Source: an uncultured virus (IMG/VR IMGVR_UViG_3300034104_004763) (taxonomy: Duplodnaviria; Heunggongvirae; Uroviricota; Caudoviricetes). Taken from it: a stretch of 55,301 bases of DNA. Both the position numbers and the translations under genes were made by a program. Under the pieces are notes generated by a model. It saw nothing but the letters and a program-made list of their open reading frames with translations. It did not search any database and was not told the DNA's origin. The stretch lies in the IMG/VR virus record IMGVR_UViG_3300034104_004763; one strand, 5' to 3'. This document shows, piece after piece, positions 46,940 to 55,301 of the stretch. Each line of letters starts with the position of its first letter. Position 1 is the first letter of the stretch.

Positions 46940-48874
46940 ATGGTAGATACTTCATTTTTTGGTAGATTACAACGATTATTTTCAACAGACGTTATAATAA
47001 GAAACGTTGGAGGTAATCAATTAAAAGTAATGGATACAGATCGTATCCAACAACTTGGTACTATCCAAACAAACTCACTTTATGACAGATATAATAAAGT
47101 ATACACTACAACAGGTGGATTAAACTTTAATTATAATAATGATTTATCTTATCCTACAACTCGTATTCAATTATACACTGATTATGAATTAATGGATAGT
47201 GATTCTATTATTGCTTCTACACTAGATATACTATCTGATGAAACTTGTTTAAGAAATGATTTAGGAGAAGTATTACAAATACGTTCTTCTGATGAAACTA
47301 TACAAAAAATACTTTATAACTTATTTTATGATGTATTAAACATTGAGTTTAATCTTTGGTCATGGACTCGTAACATGTGTAAGTATGGTGACTTTTACCT
47401 CAAATTAGAAATTTCAGAAAAATTTGGTGTTTACAATGTAATACCATTTTCTTCTTACTCTATTATTAGGTTAGAAGGTAAAAATCCTGAAAAACCTCAA
47501 GAAGTAAAATTTAAATACGATCCAACTTTTACATCTCAACAATCACCATTAGGCCCTCAAGTTATTTCTAACTATAATAGAAATACTAATGAGGGTATAA
47601 TTTTTGATAATTATGAAATGGCTCACTTCAGATTATTATCTGATTTTAATTATTTACCTTATGGTAGATCCTATATTGAACCTGCTCGTAAAATCTTTAA
47701 ACAATTAACATTGATGGAAGATGCGATGTTAATACATCGTATTGTAAGAGCACCTGAAAAACGTACATTCTTTATTAATGTTGGTAATATTCCACCTAAT
47801 GAAGTAGAAAACTTCATGCAGCGTACTATCAACAAAATGAAGAAAACTCCATATGTTGATCATCAAACAGGTGAATATAATTTAAAGTATAATATGCAAA
47901 ACATTCTTGAGGATTTTTATATTCCTGTAAGAGGTGGTGATGCAACTACTAGAATTGAAACTACAAAAGGATTAGAATATACTGCTATTGAAGATGTTCA
48001 ATATTTAAGAGATAAATTATTCGCCGCTCTTAAAGTACCTAAAGCTTATTTCGGATTTGAAAAAGACTTAACAGGTAAAGCAACATTAGCTGCTGAAGAT
48101 ATTAGATTTGCTAGAACAGTAGAAAGAATCCAAAAAATATTAATATCTGAATTAACTAAAATTGCATTAGTTCATTTATATTCACAAGGATATGATGGTG
48201 AATCATTAACTAATTTTGAATTATCATTAACTGTTCCTTCAATTATATATGAACAAGAAAAAATAGCTTTATTAAAAGAAAAATCATCATTAGCTACTGA
48301 ATTATTACAAAATAAAATTGTACCTAGTGATTGGGTTTATGACCATATTTTCCATTTTAGTGAAGATCAATTTGATGAATACCGAGATTTAATGCTTGAA
48401 GACGCTAAACGTAAGTTTAGAATAGATCAAATTGAAACTGAAGGTAATGACCCCTATAGAACCGGAGAAGCCTATGGTACACCACATGCATTAGCATCTC
48501 TTTATGGATCTAGCAGATACCCAGGTACTGAAGGAGTACCAAAAGGGTATAATGAAGATGGTGATACATATCCTGATCAAGTATTAGGTCGACCTAAAGA
48601 AAAAGCATCTAGTTATAATACTCAAGATAGTGCATTAGGTAAAGATAGATTAGGTAGAGATGGAATGAAAAAAGATGATTCTGAATCTAAAGGATTTAGA
48701 ACAGCCTACAAAGGTGGTTCTCCATTAGCTTTAGAAAACGCAGCAACACAAGCTATATATCATCAAATTTCAGGTAATCTAAAAAATATGTTCCCTCAAC
48801 GTAAAGTAAGTTTATTTGAAGAAAGTAATTTATTAAATGAAGATAACCTTTTAAAAGAAGATAAACAAAATTAA
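46940..48874 (+). CDS. gp20: portal protein (T4 gp20-like)
   Basis: QL.LMEDAMLI.RI.RAPEKR.F.I.VGN.P, LEDFYIP.R, LF.ALKVP. Confidence 0.95.
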   Translation: MVDTSFFGRLQRLFSTDVIIRNVGGNQLKVMDTDRIQQLGTIQTNSLYDRYNKVYTTTGGLNFNYNNDLSYPTTRIQLYTDYELMDSDSIIASTLDILSDETCLRNDLGEVLQIRSSDETIQKILYNLFYDVLNIEFNLWSWTRNMCKYGDFYLKLEISEKFGVYNVIPFSSYSIIRLEGKNPEKPQEVKFKYDPTFTSQQSPLGPQVISNYNRNTNEGIIFDNYEMAHFRLLSDFNYLPYGRSYIEPARKIFKQLTLMEDAMLIHRIVRAPEKRTFFINVGNIPPNEVENFMQRTINKMKKTPYVDHQTGEYNLKYNMQNILEDFYIPVRGGDATTRIETTKGLEYTAIEDVQYLRDKLFAALKVPKAYFGFEKDLTGKATLAAEDIRFARTVERIQKILISELTKIALVHLYSQGYDGESLTNFELSLTVPSIIYEQEKIALLKEKSSLATELLQNKIVPSDWVYDHIFHFSEDQFDEYRDLMLEDAKRKFRIDQIETEGNDPYRTGEAYGTPHALASLYGSSRYPGTEGVPKGYNEDGDTYPDQVLGRPKEKASSYNTQDSALGKDRLGRDGMKKDDSESKGFRTAYKGGSPLALENAATQAIYHQISGNLKNMFPQRKVSLFEESNLLNEDNLLKEDKQN

Positions 48875-48882
48875 TATTTATA
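48874..48882 (+). promoter_or_regulatory. putative late promoter ATATTTATA
   Basis: Overlaps the portal stop. Confidence 0.7.
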
Positions 48883-48909
48883 ATTAGTAGTTAACTATAT
48901 ATTGAATAA

Positions 48910-49767
48910 ATGGCTAATATAAAGCATAACAAATATAAAAATACCGGAATACTATTCGAATTGCTAGTAAGAAAAATTACAGCGGATACTATGTCCAGTC
49001 AAGACTCTAAAGCTGTTTCTTTAATTAAAAAGTATTTTGTTAATACTGAACTATCTAAAGAAAATAAACTTTACCAATCTATATCTAAATCACAGAATAT
49101 TAGTGAAGCCCAAGCAGAGTCAATCCTTTCAACTATTTTAGAAGTAAATAAAACTCTAAATAGAAATCAATTAGCTAAAGAAAAGTATAATTTGATTAAA
49201 GAAATTAAAAATAATTTTGATATTGATGACTTTTTTAAAGCTAAGATTAATAATTATAAACTATTATCTTCAACTTATACTTTATTAGAAGCACATATAT
49301 CTCCTACTAAAAATTTAGATGATATTCTTAGTTCTAAAATGAATATTTTAGAACATATAGCCCAAATTAATGCTATAATCCCTCCACCTCCTCCATCAGT
49401 GAGTGAATTTGAAACTTTAGATAAAGGAACTCGTGCGTTAGTTTATAAAATAATGTTAGAAAAATTTAATGAAAGATTTAATACATTATCTGATGATCAG
49501 AAAGATGTATTGAAAGAATACATTAATAATATTTCTAATACTACTAATTTAAAAAAATATGTGGATACTAAATTCACATCATTAAAAGAATCTCTTTTAA
49601 AATTCTTACCTAAAATAGAAGATGCTACTATTAAAATTAAAGTAAATGAGACAATAAATCTTATTAATCCTATTTTAGAATCTAAAACATTAAAAGACGA
49701 TAATATAGTTGCTTTACTACAATATCAAGAATTGCATAGTGAATTAACAAAAATTCATAATGGATAA
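48910..49767 (+). CDS. head-module hypothetical protein (helical)
   Basis: KHNK.KNTGILFELL start; lies between portal and protease. Confidence 0.7.
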   Translation: MANIKHNKYKNTGILFELLVRKITADTMSSQDSKAVSLIKKYFVNTELSKENKLYQSISKSQNISEAQAESILSTILEVNKTLNRNQLAKEKYNLIKEIKNNFDIDDFFKAKINNYKLLSSTYTLLEAHISPTKNLDDILSSKMNILEHIAQINAIIPPPPPSVSEFETLDKGTRALVYKIMLEKFNERFNTLSDDQKDVLKEYINNISNTTNLKKYVDTKFTSLKESLLKFLPKIEDATIKIKVNETINLINPILESKTLKDDNIVALLQYQELHSELTKIHNG

Positions 49768-50437
49768 AGATAAACTAAAAGAATTAGTACTAAAACATCT
49801 AGCTGAACTTCTAGATGAAGACTCAGCTTCTAGCAGCGCTGGAGGATATTTAACTAAAGCTTTTGCTAGAAAACCAACTAATCAAGATAAAAATGCTCCT
49901 ACAGGATTTGAATCAATGCCTAAATCTGGTGAGGTGTATAAAAAAATGGGATTTAGAATTATCAAACCTAGTGAAAGAATTGATGCTAAGGATTTATGGA
50001 AGGGGCAACATCTTGAAGAAAGAATAGGATATGCCACTCCTAAAGCCTTTAGAAAATCTAAAAAACAACATGAAACCTCTAAATCAGGACATGAAGATTT
50101 ACCTAACCCTGATAAATACTTTGAACTAGTGAAATTTAAAATAGTTGAACCCCAAAAAGAAAAAAGTAAAGAGCCAATTAATGAAGTTCGTTATTCTCAA
50201 TTTAAGGCTCAATCTAAAACTAGAACTCCTCAAGAACAATTACATATGGGAGTTAAAAAAATTCAACATACTTTAGATGAAGTCAATAAGTTAGTTGAAT
50301 TTGCTACTAGAATGAAAACAGAATTAAAAGGTGATGCTGATCAAATGAATTATTTAAAGCGTACACATAATGCTTTATTTAAAATAAATGAAAAAATACA
50401 AGATATTAATAATAAAATTAAAGGTTTAACTGAATAA
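49760..50437 (+). CDS. putative prohead core/internal protein
   Basis: LKE/LAE/LDE/LEE/INE motifs; repeated GY.T.KAF module; coiled-coil end. Confidence 0.6.
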   Translation: MDKDKLKELVLKHLAELLDEDSASSSAGGYLTKAFARKPTNQDKNAPTGFESMPKSGEVYKKMGFRIIKPSERIDAKDLWKGQHLEERIGYATPKAFRKSKKQHETSKSGHEDLPNPDKYFELVKFKIVEPQKEKSKEPINEVRYSQFKAQSKTRTPQEQLHMGVKKIQHTLDEVNKLVEFATRMKTELKGDADQMNYLKRTHNALFKINEKIQDINNKIKGLTE

Positions 50438-50583
50438 TGGCAGCAGCAAAATCAAAGGTCAGTTCTACTCCAACTAAAGTAGATAGACCAAAAGTTTCTA
50501 GACCAGGTGTTCATGCAAAATGTAAAACATCTAAATTAAAAAGTTCTAAAAACTACAAAAAATTATATAGAGGACAAGGATAA
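50437..50583 (+). CDS. 48-aa basic peptide ending YRGQG (not in ORF track)
   Basis: MAAAKSKVSSTPTKVDRPKVSRPGVHAKCKTSKLKSSKNYKKLYRGQG; TAATG coupling. Confidence 0.75.
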   Translation: MAAAKSKVSSTPTKVDRPKVSRPGVHAKCKTSKLKSSKNYKKLYRGQG

Positions 50584-50584
50584 A

Positions 50585-50593
50585 ATATTTATA
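50585..50593 (+). promoter_or_regulatory. putative late promoter ATATTTATA
   Basis: Ends 3 nt before ATG 50597. Confidence 0.65.
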
Positions 50594-50596
50594 CTC

Positions 50597-51919
50597 ATGA
50601 CAATACAAGATTTATATACTCAATACTTAGATGGTAAGGTAACTAAACAAAAATTTCTTTATGAAGCTCGTAGAGATCAAAATCTTACTATGATATCTCC
50701 TAACAACTCATTTGATGATGTTGTTAAGATATTAAAAAACAAATCAATAATTTCTGAAAAAGCTCATAAAGAGGCTAAACAAGCAGAAGGTAAGCAAGAT
50801 GTAGAAATTATAGCTAAAACTATTGATATGGTTAACCCATATGAGTATGCTAATGGTATGGATTATGAATTGGGAATCATAGATATACCTGCGCCTGATG
50901 GAGATTTAGATGAAGGTAATGTACTTAGAGCACAGAAAAAAGTACTAGCTAATCTTACTAAAAATCCTTCATACTATACTGAAAAATTATATGGTAGAGT
51001 TAAATTTGATGGTGATAAAACTGTTGAAATTAATAAAAAATCAATTGACGCTATTGGTAAAGGTAAGAAAAATATAATTAGAGAAGGAATAGTAGATACA
51101 AAAACTCTTAAAAACGTAAAGCTTAAAAACGGTAAGGTTTATAAAAATGTTAGATTTCATATGTCAAATGATCCTAACTCCTTTGTAACTTCTGATGGAG
51201 GTTATATGATAAATCAAGAGATAGCAAACGTAGTTGATGCTAATCAAGAACTTAAAGAAAATTATACTCCATTTACTATAAATGAAGAGCAAGAAGCCAT
51301 ACTTCAAAGATATGCTGAAGCTACAGGTATACCATTAGACAATTTAAAAAATATGGTTGCTGAAGCTAGAGCAAAAAAAGCTAAAAAAGATTATGATGGA
51401 GATGGTAAAATAGAATCATCTGAAGAAGAATATAAAGGCTCTCGTGATAAAGCTATAAAAGGTGTAAAAGAACATGGGCAATACTATGATAGAGTATCTA
51501 AAGTTATTGGTGATTCATCTCCTATAAATGAAGAGTGTGGTGATTGTAAAAGAGGTGATGACTTAGATTTAGGTCATCAAGATAATGAACCACGTATGAT
51601 TAAAGGTGAGTTATATCAAATAGCTAAACAAGCTACTGAATTATATAAAATGATTGATGCTGTAGATAATATGGGAGAAGTTGATTTTCCTCATTGGTGG
51701 CAAGCAAAAATTGTTTTAGCTAAAAATTATTTACAAGGATCTAAAGACTATTTAGAAAGTGCTTTAGCAGTAGGTAATGAAGAAGGAGAAATGGAAGAAG
51801 CTATTGCTTTAAAAGATAAAGCAGGTAATACACAATATGCTAAAGATTCAACTGAAGCATCAAACATAGAAAGAGCAGCTAAAACTAAAGGTGTAATCTT
51901 AACTAAAATGAACGTATAA
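50597..51919 (+). CDS. putative prohead core/internal polyprotein
   Basis: Modules delimited by ISE, IRE, LKE, INE, VKE, INE and MEE; contains DYDGDGKIES (EF-hand-loop-like). Confidence 0.6.
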   Translation: MTIQDLYTQYLDGKVTKQKFLYEARRDQNLTMISPNNSFDDVVKILKNKSIISEKAHKEAKQAEGKQDVEIIAKTIDMVNPYEYANGMDYELGIIDIPAPDGDLDEGNVLRAQKKVLANLTKNPSYYTEKLYGRVKFDGDKTVEINKKSIDAIGKGKKNIIREGIVDTKTLKNVKLKNGKVYKNVRFHMSNDPNSFVTSDGGYMINQEIANVVDANQELKENYTPFTINEEQEAILQRYAEATGIPLDNLKNMVAEARAKKAKKDYDGDGKIESSEEEYKGSRDKAIKGVKEHGQYYDRVSKVIGDSSPINEECGDCKRGDDLDLGHQDNEPRMIKGELYQIAKQATELYKMIDAVDNMGEVDFPHWWQAKIVLAKNYLQGSKDYLESALAVGNEEGEMEEAIALKDKAGNTQYAKDSTEASNIERAAKTKGVILTKMNV

Positions 51920-52542
51920 TGAGTAAATCATTATTAATAGAATACGCCTTATTTACACCTAAATCTGCAGTATTAACTGAGGGTAAAGGTGATAGAAACT
52001 TAATGGTTGAAGGTGTTATTCAAAGAGCTGATGCCAAAAATCAAAATGGTCGAGTTTACCCTAAAACTATTCTAGAACGTGAAGTTGAAAAATACATTGA
52101 TGGCCCTGTAGCTGAAAATAGAGCATTAGGTGAATTAGATCACCCTGAATCAATGGTAATCAACTTAAAAAATGTATCTCATAATATTAAAAAATTATGG
52201 TGGAATGGAGATGATTTAATGGGTAAAGTAGAAGTATTACCAACACCTTCAGGTAACATCTTAAAAGAATTATTCTTAAATAAAATTACAGTAGGAATTT
52301 CTTCTCGTGGTATGGGTTCAGTTCAACCATTAGGAGAAGGTACAGTTGAAGTACAAGACGATTTCGAACTATTAGCCTGGGACTTTGTAAGTACCCCATC
52401 TACACAAGGTGCCTTTATGAGACCTGTTGGTTTATCTGAAAGTTATAATCCTAATACTATTGAGGTTTCTAAGTATGCTAAAATAAATACTTTAATATCT
52501 GATATAATTTGCAGTCAATCAGGTGTATGTTGTATTAGATAA
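51919..52542 (+). CDS. gp21: prohead core protease (T4 gp21-like)
   Basis: N.NGRVYP, ALGELDHP, VSH, TPSG, GISSRG.GS, D.V..PS. Confidence 0.95.
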   Translation: MSKSLLIEYALFTPKSAVLTEGKGDRNLMVEGVIQRADAKNQNGRVYPKTILEREVEKYIDGPVAENRALGELDHPESMVINLKNVSHNIKKLWWNGDDLMGKVEVLPTPSGNILKELFLNKITVGISSRGMGSVQPLGEGTVEVQDDFELLAWDFVSTPSTQGAFMRPVGLSESYNPNTIEVSKYAKINTLISDIICSQSGVCCIR

Positions 52543-52581
52543 AAATACTCTCCCAATTTTACAAGTCTATTGTAAAAGACT

Positions 52582-52611
52582 AACGCACTCCTTAAAAAGA
52601 GTGCGTTTTTT
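52582..52611 (+). terminator. rho-independent terminator
   Basis: AACGCACTC-N8-GAGTGCGTT followed by a T run. Confidence 0.85.
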
Positions 52612-52623
52612 ATCTCCCTGTAC

Positions 52624-52632
52624 ATATTTATG
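52624..52632 (+). promoter_or_regulatory. putative late promoter variant ATATTTATG for the scaffold-capsid operon
   Basis: Directly after the terminator, about 100 nt upstream of 52729. Confidence 0.6.
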
Positions 52633-52728
52633 AATGTCTTATGATAGATTATCCTAATATAATCTCCCTCGCAATAAAAAATTCTATATTACTTCTCAAT
52701 AAGTAATCACAAACAATCACAAATTATT

Positions 52729-53691
52729 ATGGCAAACGAAAACACTAAAATCTTTAGTGAAGCAATCGCTGAAGCAAAAGCTATTAGAGAAACCGCTATG
52801 GCTAACGCAAAACTTGCTCTTGAAGAAGCTTTCACTCCTCGTATTCAAGAAATGATGAATAATAGATTAGCATCATTATCTGAAGAAGAAGAAATGGACG
52901 AAGAATTTAAAAAATCAAATGGTGCTTCACCCGATGATCAAATGGATGAAATTTCATTAGAAGAATTATTAGCTGAACTTGAAGGTCTTGAAGAAAGCAG
53001 CTATTCAGAAAAAGATGGATATGTTGATCCTGGAGTAAATGACCCTTACATGGAAGAAAACGAAATTTTTGAAGTTGAAGATGACGACACAGTAGCTGAA
53101 ATTACAGTTGATGATTTAAAAGATATCATCAGAGATGTAGTAGCAGATCTATTAGGTGGTCCAGAAGAAGAAGAAATAGCAGATGAAGAAGAAATGGCAG
53201 GTGAAGAAGAAGAAGCTGAAAACAGTGAAATGGAAGATGAATTAAGTTTAGAAGAAATTTTAGCTGAACTTGATTTAGATGAAACTTACGCATATGACGA
53301 TGTCCCTGAAGATAATCCAGATGATATTGAAGATGATAAAGAACTTGAAGAAGCTATGTCAACTATCGCTCAACTACGTTCTGAATTAAATGAAGTTAAT
53401 CTTCTAAATGCAAAATTACTTTACGTTAACAAGTTGTTCAAATCTAAAAACTTAACAGAAGCTCAAAAAGTAAAAGTTATTAATGCTTTTGATAGAGCTG
53501 AAACTGTAAAAGAAACTAAGAACATTTTTGAAACGTTACAAGAATCATTAACAGCTACTCAAGCTAAAAAGAATCCAATTAAAGAATCTCTTTCATTTGC
53601 TTCTAAACCAGCGGGTGTTGCTGATAGAAAACCAATCGTTGAAAACAACGATTTTGTAGCAAGAATGCAAAAACTTGCTGGAATTATTTAA
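52729..53691 (+). CDS. prohead scaffold/core protein (gp22 position)
   Basis: Highly acidic coiled coil with many L-x-E sites and an RMQKLAGI end; lies between protease and capsid genes. Confidence 0.8.
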   Translation: MANENTKIFSEAIAEAKAIRETAMANAKLALEEAFTPRIQEMMNNRLASLSEEEEMDEEFKKSNGASPDDQMDEISLEELLAELEGLEESSYSEKDGYVDPGVNDPYMEENEIFEVEDDDTVAEITVDDLKDIIRDVVADLLGGPEEEEIADEEEMAGEEEEAENSEMEDELSLEEILAELDLDETYAYDDVPEDNPDDIEDDKELEEAMSTIAQLRSELNEVNLLNAKLLYVNKLFKSKNLTEAQKVKVINAFDRAETVKETKNIFETLQESLTATQAKKNPIKESLSFASKPAGVADRKPIVENNDFVARMQKLAGII

Positions 53692-53728
53692 AAAATTAAA
53701 AACAACAAAAAATTAAAAAATTAAAAAC

Positions 53729-55301
53729 ATGTCAAATTTAGTAAATTCACTATTAGAGACTGCTAACCCATATACATCTATTCAAAAAGATGCAGCTAGA
53801 CTAGCTGGAAAATGGGGTAAGTCAGGTCTTTTAGAAGGTATTTCTAATGAAACTGATAAGTCTAACATGGCTATCATCTTAGAAAACCAAGCAAAACAAT
53901 TAGTAGTAGAGTCTTCAAACACAGGTACTGGAGCATCTTTTACTGCAGGAACAGGTGAGCAATATGCTGCTGTAGCGTTACCATTAGTACGTAAAGTATT
54001 TGGTCAATTAGCCGCTAAAGAATTCGTTTCTGTTCAACCAATGAGCTTACCAGCTGGTTTGGTATTCTTCTTAGATTTCCAATATGGAACTAACATAGAA
54101 CCATTTTCAACTGCAGCAGGTACTAACTCAATGTACGGTAACAACTCAGCTAACTTCGGTAACGAAAGAGCAGGTGGTTTATATGGTGCTGGTAGATTTG
54201 GATACTCATCTAACCAATTTTCAGGTTCACACGTTTCTGGTACCCTTTTACAAGCTGCCGCGACAAAAGCAACTTTAACAGCTACTACAGCTTCATGGGC
54301 TGATATTTATTTTGATGCTGATTTATCTGCTTCTCAAGCTGCTGGTTTAATTAAAGCTTTAACTTTACCAACTTCAAGTATTACAAGTTGTGATGTAAAC
54401 GCTATCCGTGCTTTTGCGGTAAGTGGTTCAGGATCATTTACTACAGCTAAACAATTACCACAATTTACTCAATTAAACTTAGTACCAGGTAACATTACTT
54501 ACTTCTTTACAGCTTCAACTGCTGAGGTAGTAGCTGCGCTTTCTGGTTTAACTACTGTATTCTATAGTAAACAAACTGCTGATAATGCAAGAGGTGACTT
54601 CGAAGATGCATCAGGTGCTGGATATCCAAACGCTGAATCTCAAACTGCAATTGTTATCCCAGAAATTAATGTTCAAATGAGATCAGAAGCTATTGTTGCT
54701 AAAACACGTAAGTTAAAAGCTCAATGGACCCCAGAGTTCTCTCAAGATTTAAATGCATTCCATTCACTTGATGCTGAAGCTGAATTAACTTCTATCTTAT
54801 CAGAGTATATCTCATTAGAGATTGATCTTGAAATTTTAGATATGTTAATCCAAAACGTTCCAGCTAACCAAGTTGAATTTTGGTCTGCAAAAGTAGGTAC
54901 AGCTGTTCAAAATGGTGCTGTTACTTCTAACACAGCAGGTGTTTATTACACTCAAATGTCTTGGTTCCAAACTTTAGGAATTAAATTACAAAAGATTTCT
55001 AACATTATTCACCAAAGAACTTTAAGAGGTGGTGCTAACTTTATGGTAGTATCTCCAACAGTTGCTACAGTATTAGAATCAATCCCAGGATTTGCTGCTG
55101 ATACAGATGGCGATGCAGCTAAAATGAACTATGCATTTGGTGTTCAGAAAATTGGTTCATTAAATTCTAGATACAAAGTTTACAAAAACCCTTACATGTT
55201 AGAAAACACTATCTTGTTAGGATTTAGAGGTAACCAATTCTTAGAATCAGGTGCAGTTTATGCTCCATATGTTCCACTTATCATGACTCCATTAGTATAC
55301 G
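53729..55301 (+). CDS. gp23: major capsid protein (T4 gp23-like), truncated by the window end
   Basis: Translated by hand: KW...GLLEG...ILENQ, LPLVRKVF...FVSVQPM..P.GLVF, AKTRKLKAQWT.E..QDL.A.H.LDAEAEL..ILS..I..EID, RGGANF, YAPYVPL. Confidence 0.97.
   Translation, partial: MSNLVNSLLETANPYTSIQKDAARLAGKWGKSGLLEGISNETDKSNMAIILENQAKQLVVESSNTGTGASFTAGTGEQYAAVALPLVRKVFGQLAAKEFVSVQPMSLPAGLVFFLDFQYGTNIEPFSTAAGTNSMYGNNSANFGNERAGGLYGAGRFGYSSNQFSGSHVSGTLLQAAATKATLTATTASWADIYFDADLSASQAAGLIKALTLPTSSITSCDVNAIRAFAVSGSGSFTTAKQLPQFTQLNLVPGNITYFFTASTAEVVAALSGLTTVFYSKQTADNARGDFEDASGAGYPNAESQTAIVIPEINVQMRSEAIVAKTRKLKAQWTPEFSQDLNAFHSLDAEAELTSILSEYISLEIDLEILDMLIQNVPANQVEFWSAKVGTAVQNGAVTSNTAGVYYTQMSWFQTLGIKLQKISNIIHQRTLRGGANFMVVSPTVATVLESIPGFAADTDGDAAKMNYAFGVQKIGSLNSRYKVYKNPYMLENTILLGFRGNQFLESGAVYAPYVPLIMTPLVY

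Noticed and set aside
1..55301. Genome-wide stop-codon reassignment (TAG to Gln), prompted by the TAG at 795
   Set aside because: Long conserved genes are intact in the standard code, and TAG ends genes sensibly at 789, 37860 and 43637

Overview
A 55-kb, very AT-rich segment of a large T4-superfamily (myovirus-like) dsDNA phage, with all credible genes on the + strand. The host is probably Bacteroidota, inferred from TTG-N19/20-TAnnTT promoters, the lack of Shine-Dalgarno sites and SprB-like repeats. Gene order: a short GC-rich non-coding start; small accessory ORFs, glutaredoxin, HD hydrolase and a gp55-like late sigma factor; a baseplate/tail block (gp5-like, gp25, gp6, large Ser/Thr/Asn-rich proteins, a Cys-rich adhesin-like fibre); primase and exonuclease; a ~10-kb cluster of probable capsid-internal proteins marked by L/I-x-E motifs; an RNase H-like exonuclease, FAD oxidoreductase, MoxR-vWA module, nucleotidyltransferase, DUF6884-like protein and P-loop kinase; then terminase, portal, prohead protease, scaffold and a major capsid gene truncated by the window end. 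Main observations: (1) all three free-standing homing endonuclease genes appear to have inserted inside a neighbouring gene's terminus and supplied a replacement terminus, leaving the old one as a relic; (2) the putative late promoter ATATTTATA contains the exact reverse complement of T4's TATAAATA; (3) host-type promoters are built into hairpins; (4) a candidate packaged payload includes a possible ADP-ribosyltransferase-metallopeptidase polyprotein. Functional calls come from motifs read by eye; no database searches were run.
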